Counted from the stretch's first letter, positions 29,333-37,982 are shown. The stretch: 64,000 bases of DNA from Chloroflexi bacterium bin125 (GCA_002239025.1 MPNM01000003.1:142047-206046), one strand, 5' to 3'. Numbers and translations are program-made. The notes: generated by a model from the sequence alone, not told the origin.

Positions 29333-30808
29333 GTGCAGATGACTTCCAGACGCCGTGCCAAGATTGTCGCCACCCTCGGACCAGCCTCCAGCGATCCTGC
29401 GACAGTCCTTGAATTGGTCAACGCCGGCCTCGATGTCGCCAGGATCAACTTCTCCCACGGGGATGAATCCTCCTGGACCCGCGCCGTCCAGACCGTCCGC
29501 CGCGCCCAGGCCGAGACGGGCAAGCCTGTGGCCATTCTCGGCGATCTGCAGGGACCGAAGATTCGAATCGGCTCCGTGCCCGACGGCACCGAAATCACGC
29601 GTGGAGAGCGAGTCGACATCCTCGCTGGAAGCGACGCTGAACCCGAGTATGACGGAAACTGCTTGGTCCTCAATTGCAACTATGCGGCCCTCGTCGATGA
29701 GGTCGAGACCGGCGGGCGCGTGTACCTGCGCGACGGCGAACTCGATCTACTGATCGAGGAGATCGTCGGCAGTCGGATCCGCACCACTGTCCGCGGCGGT
29801 GGACTGCTGACCGCTCGGGCCGGACTACACGCGCCCGGGGCCGGCAAACAGTTGCCCGCGGTGACGGAACGCGATCGCGAGCACATCGGCTTTGCCGTCC
29901 GTCACGGCTTCGACTTCCTCGCGCTCTCTTTCGTGCGCAGCGGCCTCGATCTGGCTGAAGCCAGCGCCGCAGTCCACGAAGCAGGCGGTGAACTCCCCTT
30001 GATCGCCAAAATCGAAACCCTCTCCGCCATTCAGGACCTGCAGGAAATCATCGCTGTCTCAGACGGCGTCATGGTCGCGCGCGGCGACCTCGGTGTCGAA
30101 GTCGGACCGGCCGAAGTGCCGGTCCTGCAGCGACACATCATCGAAGCCGCCGGACGCGCTCTGTTGCCGGTCATCATCGCCACACAGATGCTCGAATCGA
30201 TGGTCCAGCGCCAGCGACCGACACGCGCGGAGGCCTCCGATGTCGCCAACGCCGTCTGGGACGGCGCCGACGCCCTCATGCTCTCTGCCGAGACCGCTGT
30301 CGGACGTCACCCGGTTGAGGTCGTCGACATGATGGACGACATCATCCGCCGCGCGGAGTCCAGCGACGCTGGACGGACCGCCGTCGCTCGGCCGATCGAG
30401 CTCAAGGCCGACACCGCTCGAACCGTCGCAGTCGCCGTTGCCGCTGCCGTCGAGCAGCACCCGCAGGTCCGTGCCGTGATCGTCTTCACCATCAGCGGAC
30501 GCTCAGGACGCCTGATCTCCCACGTTCGTCTGCCTGTGCCGGTGCTCGTGCTCGCTCCTGGAGACTCCACCCTCCAGCGACTGGCGCTCATGTGGGGTGT
30601 CCAACCGCGCCACTGCCCACCGCCCGACGATATCGAGGGGATGCTGACAGAAGTCGAACGTGCCTCAGTCGACGCGCTTGACCTCAAGCCAGGCGATCAG
30701 ATCGTCCTCACAGGAGGATTCCCCCTCGGCCAGGGCGAACCAACCAACTTCCTCAAACTCCACCAGATCCCTTCAATCCCCTCTCCCTCTGGGAGAGGGT
30801 TAGGGTGA
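29333..30808 (+). CDS. pyk: Pyruvate kinase
   Basis: The N-terminus RRAKIVATLGPASSDPATVLELVNAGLDVARINFSHG and a full barrel plus C-terminal domain are present. The last 12 or so codons and the stop lie inside a family-3 repeat. Confidence 0.9.
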   Translation: MQMTSRRRAKIVATLGPASSDPATVLELVNAGLDVARINFSHGDESSWTRAVQTVRRAQAETGKPVAILGDLQGPKIRIGSVPDGTEITRGERVDILAGSDAEPEYDGNCLVLNCNYAALVDEVETGGRVYLRDGELDLLIEEIVGSRIRTTVRGGGLLTARAGLHAPGAGKQLPAVTERDREHIGFAVRHGFDFLALSFVRSGLDLAEASAAVHEAGGELPLIAKIETLSAIQDLQEIIAVSDGVMVARGDLGVEVGPAEVPVLQRHIIEAAGRALLPVIIATQMLESMVQRQRPTRAEASDVANAVWDGADALMLSAETAVGRHPVEVVDMMDDIIRRAESSDAGRTAVARPIELKADTARTVAVAVAAAVEQHPQVRAVIVFTISGRSGRLISHVRLPVPVLVLAPGDSTLQRLALMWGVQPRHCPPPDDIEGMLTEVERASVDALDLKPGDQIVLTGGFPLGQGEPTNFLKLHQIPSIPSPSGRGLG

Positions 30809-30817
30809 GGGCGAGGG
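30778..30817. repeat. Family-3 repeat overlapping the 3' end and stop codon of pyk
   Basis: cccctctccctctgggagagggttagggtgagggcgagggc. The TGA stop of pyk lies inside GGGTGAGGGC. Confidence 0.75.
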
Positions 30818-30841
30818 CCCAGGCACACAAAGGAGCATGAC

Positions 30842-31237
30842 ATGACAGACAATGCACCAGAACTCAACGTTCAGATAGGCGACGCCTGCGAAATCGACCC
30901 CGCCGCAGGACCCATCGAGTCCCGTGAGGCCGATCCCAACGCCGAGCGCGACGTCCTCCTCTACATCACTGTCTGGTGCGGCGACTGCCGCCGGGCGGTG
31001 CGCTTTCTCGACGAGTTCGAGATCCCATACCGAACCATCGACATCGAAGAGGACCGGGAAGCAGCTCGAGCGGTCGAGATGCACAACGGTGGTAGCCGCT
31101 CCGTCCCCACCATCCTGATTGATGGCAAACACGTCGCCACCGAGCCCAGCAACACCGAGCTCGCCAGCATTTTCGGCGTCGAGAAAGAATCTAAGCCGGG
31201 GACCAGGAGTCCGTTCAGTCTGCTCCGTCGTCGCTGA
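30842..31237 (+). CDS. Glutaredoxin/NrdH-like thioredoxin-fold protein (WCGDC active site)
   Basis: The RBS AAAGGAGC precedes the start. The product has LYITVWCGDCRRAVRFLDEFEIPYRTIDIE and GSRSVPTILIDGKHV (a glutaredoxin-like cis-Pro region). Confidence 0.6.
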   Translation: MTDNAPELNVQIGDACEIDPAAGPIESREADPNAERDVLLYITVWCGDCRRAVRFLDEFEIPYRTIDIEEDREAARAVEMHNGGSRSVPTILIDGKHVATEPSNTELASIFGVEKESKPGTRSPFSLLRRR

Positions 31238-32321
31238 TCACATGTACGTCCGCCGGCGCAATCCTGGCGACGGCCGCGTCTCCAACCGACAGCCCTAGCT
31301 CATCCCACTTCGTCACCGAAGTATCAACGGTCAGGTGCAGCCGGCCGCTCGTCAGGTCGGCCCGAACCACCGGCCCTCGAGGCCTGATCTTCTGCACAAT
31401 CGCCCGAAGCTGGTTCTCCGTCCCCGCCTCTGAGCGGGTACCCGTTCCCTCCCCGTCCCGAGTCAGCACAATCCGCTCCGGGCGAACGCAGAGCAGCGCC
31501 GGCGAGCCCGGAGCGATCGACTTCGACGTCGACGCCAGACGAATGCCTCCCGCCTCGTAGACGCCCGACTCCGAGCGTCGCCCATGCCACAAGTTTTCCA
31601 TCCCCACAAACTCAGCGACAGCGCGGTCGGCAGGCCGTTCGAAGACCTCCGAGGGAGGTCCAGTCTGCCGCAGTCGTCCATCAATCAGCAGTGCCGCCTC
31701 GTCTCCGAGACGCAATGCCTCATCGCGGTCGTGTGTGACCAACACCGTGGTCGGGCGTGTCTCGGAGAGATTCTCGGCAAAGTCCTCAATCAACCCCTCC
31801 CGAGTCGGCGCGTCGACTCCCGCAAATGGCTCGTCCAGCAACATCACCTGCGGCTGCGAGGCAAAGGCACGCGCCAGACTGACCCGTTGTGCTTCCCCGC
31901 CTGACAACTGTCGCGCATGCCGTCGGGCCAACGAGGCAATCCCAAATCGCTCCAGCCAGTGTTCCGCTAGTTCGCGCCGCCTTCGTTTGTCGACCCCGCG
32001 CAGCCTGAGCGGCAGTTCAACATTTGCCAGTACCGACATGCTCAGCAACAGGGGTTCCTGGAACGCCGCCGACATCCGCCGCCGAGTCGCGACCGGATCG
32101 GCATCCATCGGTTCGCCATCAAGCATCAGTGTCCCCTGAGAAGGATGAAGCACAAGTTGCAGCGCGCCGAGGAGCGTCGACTTACCCGATCCATTGGGGC
32201 CAAGTACTACGGTCACCAATCCGCGAGGGATGTCCAGCTTGTCGATTTCCAGCACCGTCACGCGGCCGCGCTGTACGGCAAGGTCCCGGATCTGCAGATG
32301 AGCGTCAGGGCGCGTTGTCAT
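31215..32321 (-). CDS. ABC transporter ATP-binding protein with a C-terminal TOBE-like domain (molybdate/tungstate/sulfate-type)
   Basis: Walker A GPNGSGKST, signature LSGGEAQRVSLARA and Walker B LLDEP are present. A C-terminal region of about 120 aa is typical of ModC/CysA/TupC transport-associated OB folds. Confidence 0.8.
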   Translation of the reverse strand: MTTRPDAHLQIRDLAVQRGRVTVLEIDKLDIPRGLVTVVLGPNGSGKSTLLGALQLVLHPSQGTLMLDGEPMDADPVATRRRMSAAFQEPLLLSMSVLANVELPLRLRGVDKRRRRELAEHWLERFGIASLARRHARQLSGGEAQRVSLARAFASQPQVMLLDEPFAGVDAPTREGLIEDFAENLSETRPTTVLVTHDRDEALRLGDEAALLIDGRLRQTGPPSEVFERPADRAVAEFVGMENLWHGRRSESGVYEAGGIRLASTSKSIAPGSPALLCVRPERIVLTRDGEGTGTRSEAGTENQLRAIVQKIRPRGPVVRADLTSGRLHLTVDTSVTKWDELGLSVGDAAVARIAPADVHVISDDGAD

Positions 32322-33016
32322 GTGACCGGCCGACGCTGCTGCACGGTCGTCAGCACGAGATTGACGAGGAACGCCAGCAGGACCAACACCAGCGACAGAG
32401 CAATCGCGACCTCAAAGTTGCCACGTCCCGTCTCCAGCACCGTCGCGGTCGTGAGCACGCGAGTCTCGCCAGCGAGATTGCCACCAACCTGCATCGATGC
32501 GCCAACCTCGGAAATCGCTGCCCCAAACCCGGCCATGACTGCCGCCAGCAGGCCGAGTCGTGTCTCGCGTATGAGCAGCCACAACACCTGCAACCGGTTC
32601 GCGCCCATCGCCCACATCTGCCCAATCAATCGAGGATTCACCGACTGAATAGAAGCAAGCGAGAATCCCACAACCATCGGCAGACTCAGCAACAACTGAG
32701 CAACCACCATCGCCGTAGGCGTATAGATCAGGTTCAAGTCACCCAGGGGCCCGGTTCGCCAGAGGATCAGCGCGACCAACAAGCCAATCGCCACCGGAGG
32801 CATGCCCATGCCCGTGTTGACTGCCGCAACGATCAATCCCCGTCCCCAGAATCGCCGCAGAGCCAACACCGCGCCGAGCGGAATCCCGACGATCAGCGCC
32901 AACGCCGTCGCCGAGGCGGAAATCGCCAGTGTCCGCAACGTGATCTCAATGATCTCTCCATCGCCCGACCACCACAGCCGAGCCGCCTCACGAATCCCAT
33001 CCCAGATCAACTCCAT
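32318..33016 (-). CDS. ABC transporter permease (TupB/ModB-like, single module)
   Basis: The 232-aa product has five or six transmembrane segments and a BPD_transp_1 EAA loop. Its stop overlaps the ATPase start. Confidence 0.75.
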   Translation of the reverse strand: MELIWDGIREAARLWWSGDGEIIEITLRTLAISASATALALIVGIPLGAVLALRRFWGRGLIVAAVNTGMGMPPVAIGLLVALILWRTGPLGDLNLIYTPTAMVVAQLLLSLPMVVGFSLASIQSVNPRLIGQMWAMGANRLQVLWLLIRETRLGLLAAVMAGFGAAISEVGASMQVGGNLAGETRVLTTATVLETGRGNFEVAIALSLVLVLLAFLVNLVLTTVQQRRPVT

Positions 33017-33099
33017 GTCGCGATCCTACTTGCGGGTCCGTGCCCACGCGTGCCAACGACTCCATTTGTTCCCCCCTGGAGACCTGTACGCAATCCTCT

Positions 33100-33400
33100 T
33101 TCCTTACCCTTACAGGGGGAGGTGCCGAAGGCGGAGGGGGTTCCACTCGGCCAACCCTTGTCTGGTCGCCACCTCCGAGGGACCCCCTCAGCCACTCCGT
33201 GACAGCTCCCCCTGCGAGAGACTGATGCATATCCTCCGATTCCCCTCTCCCCCTTGCGGGGGGAGATGTCACAGAGTGACAGAAGGGGGGTCGGCTGGCG
33301 ACGACCAAATAGAGCCAACAGGCAGGGAACCCCTCTTCTGCCTTCGGCATCTCCCCCGCAAGGGGGGAGAAGGGGAGTAATGCATCAATCTCTGCGAGGG
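33100..33400. repeat. Nested repeat cluster of about 300 bp (family-1 units in both orientations plus composite element A at 33239..33376) between the SBP and permease genes of the oxyanion ABC operon
   Basis: cccttacagggggaggtgccgaaggcggaggggg; ccccctcagccactccgtgacagctccccc; attcccctctcccccttgcggggggagatgtcacagagtgacagaaggggggtcgg...cccctcttctgccttcggcatctcccccgcaaggggggagaaggggag. Confidence 0.8.
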
Positions 33401-33494
33401 GGAGCGGGTTTACGCGCAGGTCTCGTCTGGGAGAGTGAGAGGGCCGGAGCGCGACAATCACGGTGAATGTGCTCACGACGCCAAGCGCCAGCCC

Positions 33495-34382
33495 TCAGCC
33501 CGATGCCCCACCTCGAGCCGCGATCGACGCCTCAGTCTCGCCCGCAGCCGGGATGAACAACGGTCGACCGTACTCCTCGCGCAAATACTCGCCGATCATC
33601 GCCTGGATGTCCTCGCGCAGCAAGAACTCCGTGAATGCTGCAGACCCGACCGTGTTGATCCGCCCCTTCGCCCCGTCGACCTCCATCACGCTGTAGAAGT
33701 TCAGCAACAGCGGATCACCTTCAACCAGCGGAGTCAGGCCTTTGACATCTTCGGACAACGACAGGTACGTCCCACGGTCAGTCAAGGTGTACGCGCCTCG
33801 TTGGTTGGCGACGGTCAGCGTCGCCGACATGCCCTGTCCCACTTCCAGGTACCACTCGTCGTCGGCCACCGACGGCGACAATCCTGCCTCGTCCCACAGT
33901 GACCGCTCCTTCTTGTGAGTGCCGCTGTCATCTCCGCGCGAAGCAAAGACTGCTTCCGCTCTCGCAATCTGGATCAGCGCCTCGGAAACATCGTCCATCC
34001 CGGCGACACCCGCGGGATCATCCAGCGGCCCGACAATCACAAAGTCGTTGTATGCCACCAGGACCCGGCTCGTCACGTCGCCCGCGTCGACCAGCATCTG
34101 CTCTGAGGTAGGCGCGTGCGTCAACAGCACATCCGCATTGCCTTCGGCCCCCATCCGCAACGCCGCGCCGGTGCCAACCGAAATGATCTTGACCGTGATC
34201 CCTGCTTCGTCTTCGAAGATGGGCACCAGTTCATCGAGCAGTCCTGAGTCATTCAGCGATGTCGTTGTGGCGAGGATTAGCTCGTCCTCGTTGTAACCAG
34301 GGTCACCGCCGCAGGCGGACGTCAGACCGGTCGCCAGGGCGGCGAACAGCAACAACACGCCCAGTACGCGTACTCGGCTCAT
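33495..34382 (-). CDS. Oxyanion-binding ABC substrate-binding lipoprotein (TupA/PBP-like-2 type)
   Basis: A signal peptide with lipobox LTSACGG is followed by ILATTTSLNDSGLL and SRGDDSGTH anion-binding motifs characteristic of tungstate/molybdate/phosphate-type PBPs. Confidence 0.7.
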   Translation of the reverse strand: MSRVRVLGVLLLFAALATGLTSACGGDPGYNEDELILATTTSLNDSGLLDELVPIFEDEAGITVKIISVGTGAALRMGAEGNADVLLTHAPTSEQMLVDAGDVTSRVLVAYNDFVIVGPLDDPAGVAGMDDVSEALIQIARAEAVFASRGDDSGTHKKERSLWDEAGLSPSVADDEWYLEVGQGMSATLTVANQRGAYTLTDRGTYLSLSEDVKGLTPLVEGDPLLLNFYSVMEVDGAKGRINTVGSAAFTEFLLREDIQAMIGEYLREEYGRPLFIPAAGETEASIAARGGASG

Positions 34383-34400
34383 TCCAGCTCCCCCGATGGG

Positions 34401-35714
34401 CTATTCCCCGGAGGTGATCATCCCTGCGCCGACGGTGGCTGATGTCGCTTCATCGATCAGGATGAACGCCCCTGTTTCCCGCGACTCAGCGTATGGGTCT
34501 ACAGACAGTGGAGCCATGAGCCGAAGCCGGACCCGACCGATTTCATTCAAAGACAGTTGAGACGCCGTGAGATCGTACTCGAGCGTGTTGACATCCAGGC
34601 GAGCGCCAACCTCTTCCACCATCGCCCGAGTCGTCTGCGTCGTCTGCTTGACGACCAGCCGATCCCGCGCGCGCAGAGGAACCCGTTCGCTCATCCAGCA
34701 AATGTGAGCGTCAATCGAGGAAGCGGCGACCGGCGGATGCTGGGCCGACACGATCATCGACCCGCGTCGCACATCCAACTGATCGGCCAGCCGCACTGTG
34801 ATCGCCATCGGAGGCGTGGCCTCCGCCAACTGCTGATCGAACGCATCAATCCCGGCAACAGTCGTCTCTGCGCCCGAAGGCATCACCTTCACGCGGTCTC
34901 CAACTCTGAGCACGCCCGAGGCCATCGTCCCCGCATATCCGCGATAGTCGTGAAACTCGTCGCGCAACGGACGAATCACATACTGCACCGGAAACCGCGA
35001 CGCATGATGTTGTGGCGGCTCCGACGCCTCCAACGTCTCCAGCAGTTCCAACAGTGGCGGACCGTCGTACCAGGGCATTCGCTCCGACGGCTCCACGACC
35101 CAGTCGCCAAACTTCGCCGAGATTGGGATCGCCCGCACGTCAGTCACGCCCATCCGCGAGGCAAACCTAGTCAACTCCTCCGTGATCTCGTCAAACACCG
35201 CCTGATCCCAGCCGACCAGGTCCATCTTGTTCACGCAGAGAACGAAGTGTCTGATGCCCAGAAGATTGGACAGATAGGCATGACGTCTCGTCTGCTCCAG
35301 CACCCCACGCCGCGCATCAACCAGCAACAGCGCGGCGTCGGCCGTCGATGCGCCTGTCACCATGTTGCGCGTGTACTGCACGTGACCGGGGGTGTCGGCC
35401 AGAATGAACTTGCGACGTGGCGTGGAAAAGTATCGATACGCCACGTCGATCGTGATGCCCTGTTCGCGCTCCGAGCGCAGTCCGTCTGTCAGATAGGCCA
35501 GGTTGACATCTTCTTCACCGCGAGTCCGCGATGACCGTTCAATCGCTTCCATCTGATCGATGAACGTCTGCTTGGAATCAAACAGCAGGCGACCAATCAG
35601 CGTCGACTTGCCGTCGTCCACCGATCCGGCCGTAGCCAGGCGCAGCAGCGTTCGCTGATCTGGTCCAAGAGGATCAGTAAGCGTGCCATTCAAGCTTGAT
35701 TGCTCAGTCGTCAC
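34401..35714 (-). CDS. cysN: Sulfate adenylyltransferase subunit 1, GTPase (CysN/NodQ-like)
   Basis: The product has the G-domain GSVDDGKSTLIGRLL, DTPGH and NKMD motifs, and beta-barrel domains II and III. Confidence 0.9.
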   Translation of the reverse strand: MTTEQSSLNGTLTDPLGPDQRTLLRLATAGSVDDGKSTLIGRLLFDSKQTFIDQMEAIERSSRTRGEEDVNLAYLTDGLRSEREQGITIDVAYRYFSTPRRKFILADTPGHVQYTRNMVTGASTADAALLLVDARRGVLEQTRRHAYLSNLLGIRHFVLCVNKMDLVGWDQAVFDEITEELTRFASRMGVTDVRAIPISAKFGDWVVEPSERMPWYDGPPLLELLETLEASEPPQHHASRFPVQYVIRPLRDEFHDYRGYAGTMASGVLRVGDRVKVMPSGAETTVAGIDAFDQQLAEATPPMAITVRLADQLDVRRGSMIVSAQHPPVAASSIDAHICWMSERVPLRARDRLVVKQTTQTTRAMVEEVGARLDVNTLEYDLTASQLSLNEIGRVRLRLMAPLSVDPYAESRETGAFILIDEATSATVGAGMITSGE

Positions 35715-36637
35715 TAGAAATACCCCTCGCGCTTGCGATCTTCCATCGCCGCCTCCGAGAATCGGTCATCGGCCCGCGTCTCGCCGCGCTCGGTGATTCG
35801 CGTTGCCGCAATCTCTGCCACCACCGCGTCCAGCGTTTCAGCTTGCGACCGCACTCCGGCTGTACAGGTCATGTCGCCGACTGTGCGAAACCGCACGCGC
35901 GCATCAAACGGATCTTCGTTGGGCAAGCGCGGCACAAAGTCTGAGACGGGAAAGATCATCCCGTCGCGTTCAAACATCGACCGGTCATGCGCGTAGTAAA
36001 TCGACGGAATCTCCAGCCCCTCGCGCTTGATGTACTGCCAGACATCGAGCTCGGTCCAGTTGGACAGGGGAAACGCCCGGATGTGCTCGCCGCGAGTCAG
36101 GCGGCCGTTGTACAGATTCCAGAGCTCGGGGCGTTGATTGGACGGGTCCCACTGCCCAAACGCATCGCGGAACGAAAATATTCGTTCCTTCGCCCGCGCC
36201 TTCTCCTCATCCCGTCGAGCGCCGCCAAAGAGCGCATCAAAGTTGTGCTCCAGCACAGCGTCGAGCAATGTGACGGTCTGCAAGCGGTTACGAGAAGCTC
36301 GCGGTCCTACTTCCTCGACCACCCGGCCCTGATCAATCGATTCCTGCACTGAGGCGACAATCAACTCCAGTTCAAGCTCCGCCGCCCGCCGATCGCGAAA
36401 TTCAATCGCCTCGGGAAAGTTGTGCCCGGTGTCGACGTGCATCACGGGAAACGGAATCCGTGCCGGCCAGAACGCCTTCTCGGCCAGTCGCAGCATGACG
36501 ATCGAGTCCTTGCCGCCCGAGAACAGCAGACACGGTCGTTCCAGTTCCGCCGCGACCTCGCGGATGATGTGGATTCCTTCGGCCTCCAGCCAGGACAGCG
36601 TGTCCAAGGAGGCAGGTCGGCTCGCAGTCGTGGTCAT
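35714..36637 (-). CDS. cysD: Sulfate adenylyltransferase subunit 2 (CysD, PAPS-reductase-like ATP pyrophosphatase fold)
   Basis: The start was chosen at the internal ATG (M13; GGTGAGGA upstream) because the track start is TTG. The product has SWLEAEGIHIIREVAAE and PP-loop LFSGGKDS, and its stop overlaps the cysN start. Confidence 0.85.
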   Translation of the reverse strand: MTTTASRPASLDTLSWLEAEGIHIIREVAAELERPCLLFSGGKDSIVMLRLAEKAFWPARIPFPVMHVDTGHNFPEAIEFRDRRAAELELELIVASVQESIDQGRVVEEVGPRASRNRLQTVTLLDAVLEHNFDALFGGARRDEEKARAKERIFSFRDAFGQWDPSNQRPELWNLYNGRLTRGEHIRAFPLSNWTELDVWQYIKREGLEIPSIYYAHDRSMFERDGMIFPVSDFVPRLPNEDPFDARVRFRTVGDMTCTAGVRSQAETLDAVVAEIAATRITERGETRADDRFSEAAMEDRKREGYF

Positions 36638-36666
36638 CTCGTCCTCACCGCATTCCCATTTCAATC

Positions 36667-36695
36667 TTGACAAACATTACTAGATCACTCATATA
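36667..36695 (+). promoter_or_regulatory. Candidate sigma-70-like promoter in the divergent cysD/MOSC intergenic region
   Basis: TTGACA, a 17 nt spacer and CATATA sit in an unusually AT-rich stretch about 95 nt upstream of the MOSC gene ATG. Strand and target gene are uncertain. Confidence 0.25.
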
Positions 36696-36789
36696 TGAAT
36701 CCACCGACTAACCTGCTTGCCAGTGCAACGAATTACAGATCGGTAACGAATCGACGCCGGTCGCATCAAGACTCGACAAGAGGTGGTCA

Positions 36790-37653
36790 ATGTCAGTAGG
36801 AACCGTGAGTCAGCTCTGGCGTTACCCGGTCAAGTCAATGGGCGGCGAACTGATCGAATCAGCTCAGGTCGACGGAAACGGCCTCGCCGGCGACCGCGGC
36901 TGGGCCATCCGCGAGTCAGGAGAGACCCGGACTGCGCGCCAGATTCCGCAACTGCTGCAATGCGCCGCTCGCTACGACGAAGCGCCAGCAGGTGACCGCC
37001 GCTCCCCGCGAATCGCATTCACGCTGCCCAACAACGAGTCGCTGCTCAGTGACGCCGCCGATATCGACCAGCGCCTCTCGGATGCTCTGGGCAAAGAGGT
37101 TGTGCTCACAGCGCTGCGCCCCGCTGAGGACCTCGAACACTATCGACGTCCGCCAGCAGACCCCAACGCCGATCAGGTCGCCAACATCCGCCAAGTCTTC
37201 GGACTCGAACCGGACGACCCGTTCCCCGACTTTGGCGACCTGCCCCTGGATGTCCTCGCGCAGTTCTCGACTCCGCCTGGCACCTACTTCGACGCCTTTC
37301 CCATCCACATCATGACCACCTCGTCACTCAACACCCTGGCCGACGCCGGCGGAGGAGATGAGGTCGACGTCCGCCGTTTCCGGCCCAACATCTTGATCGA
37401 CACCGGCAACGCCGAGGGCCTGCTCGAAGTCGACTGGACCGGTAAGAAACTGCGCCTGGGAGAGGTCGTGATCGAAATGCGGACCACCACCGTGCGCTGC
37501 TCCATCCCCGCGCACGCCCAGAGAGAATTCGGTTCCAGCCGAGCCGTCGGCCGGGCCCTGATCGAACAGACCAAGCAGCACCTCGGCAGCTACTGCAACG
37601 TCGTCGAAGGAGGCCAGATCAACGTCGGCGACGAAGTCGAACTACTCGACTAA
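36790..37653 (+). CDS. MOSC-domain protein (MOCO-sulfurase C-terminal domain with an N-terminal beta-barrel)
   Basis: LWRYPVKSMGGE is the N-terminal MOSC beta-barrel signature. The C-terminal MOSC domain has a conserved Cys in the ...TTVRCSIP... region. Confidence 0.8.
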   Translation: MSVGTVSQLWRYPVKSMGGELIESAQVDGNGLAGDRGWAIRESGETRTARQIPQLLQCAARYDEAPAGDRRSPRIAFTLPNNESLLSDAADIDQRLSDALGKEVVLTALRPAEDLEHYRRPPADPNADQVANIRQVFGLEPDDPFPDFGDLPLDVLAQFSTPPGTYFDAFPIHIMTTSSLNTLADAGGGDEVDVRRFRPNILIDTGNAEGLLEVDWTGKKLRLGEVVIEMRTTTVRCSIPAHAQREFGSSRAVGRALIEQTKQHLGSYCNVVEGGQINVGDEVELLD

Positions 37654-37713
37654 GGCAACTCGGCGGTCACAGGCTCCCCGCTCCCCCGTTGCAGGGACCG
37701 ATGCGCAACCTCC

Positions 37714-37852
37714 AATTCCGCTCTCCCCCCTTGCGGGGGGAGATGTCACGGAGTGACAGAGGGGGGGTCGGTCGGTGACTAGCAGATAGAAGCTGCGGAC
37801 AGGATCCCCCTCTGCCTTCGGCATCTCCCCCGCAAGGGGGGAGAAGGAGAGG
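37714..37852. mobile_element. Composite family-1 element B of about 140 bp. Left arm CTCTCCCCCCTTGCGGGGGGAGATGTCACGGAGTGACAGAGGGGGGGTCGG, variable core of about 45 bp, right arm CCCCTCTGCCTTCGGCATCTCCCCCGCAAGGGGGGAGAAGGAGAGG.
   Basis: The same architecture with conserved arms and a different core is seen at 33239..33376, 52183..52322 and 57578..57739. Outer flanks share gatgcat...ctcc / gga..tgcatc. Confidence 0.75.
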
Positions 37853-37982
37853 TTTGCATCATTTTCTTCCAGGCACAGCTGCCAAAGAGCCTGCCCCCGG
37901 CTTGAACGGGGTCTGAGGGGGTCCCGCCCCTCTCGGCGAGAAGGTGCAAGGCCCTCCGGCCTACATCACATGTGACCTCGAA

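Noticed and set aside
36661-36789. The AT-rich stretch between cysD and the MOSC gene was considered as a riboswitch or leader (for example Moco or SAM).
   Set aside because: It is too short, at about 130 nt including the promoter, and shows no recognisable riboswitch core. Only a tentative -35/-10 was annotated.
37642-37824. Numerous short ORFs in the track share peptides such as MPKAEGGP, LCLRHLPPEGGE and GISPRKGGE (for example 37642..37824, 52216..52410, 9912..10139, 33007..33318).
   Set aside because: They are six-frame translations of the family-1 repeat copies, not a peptide family. They were used only as markers of repeat positions.
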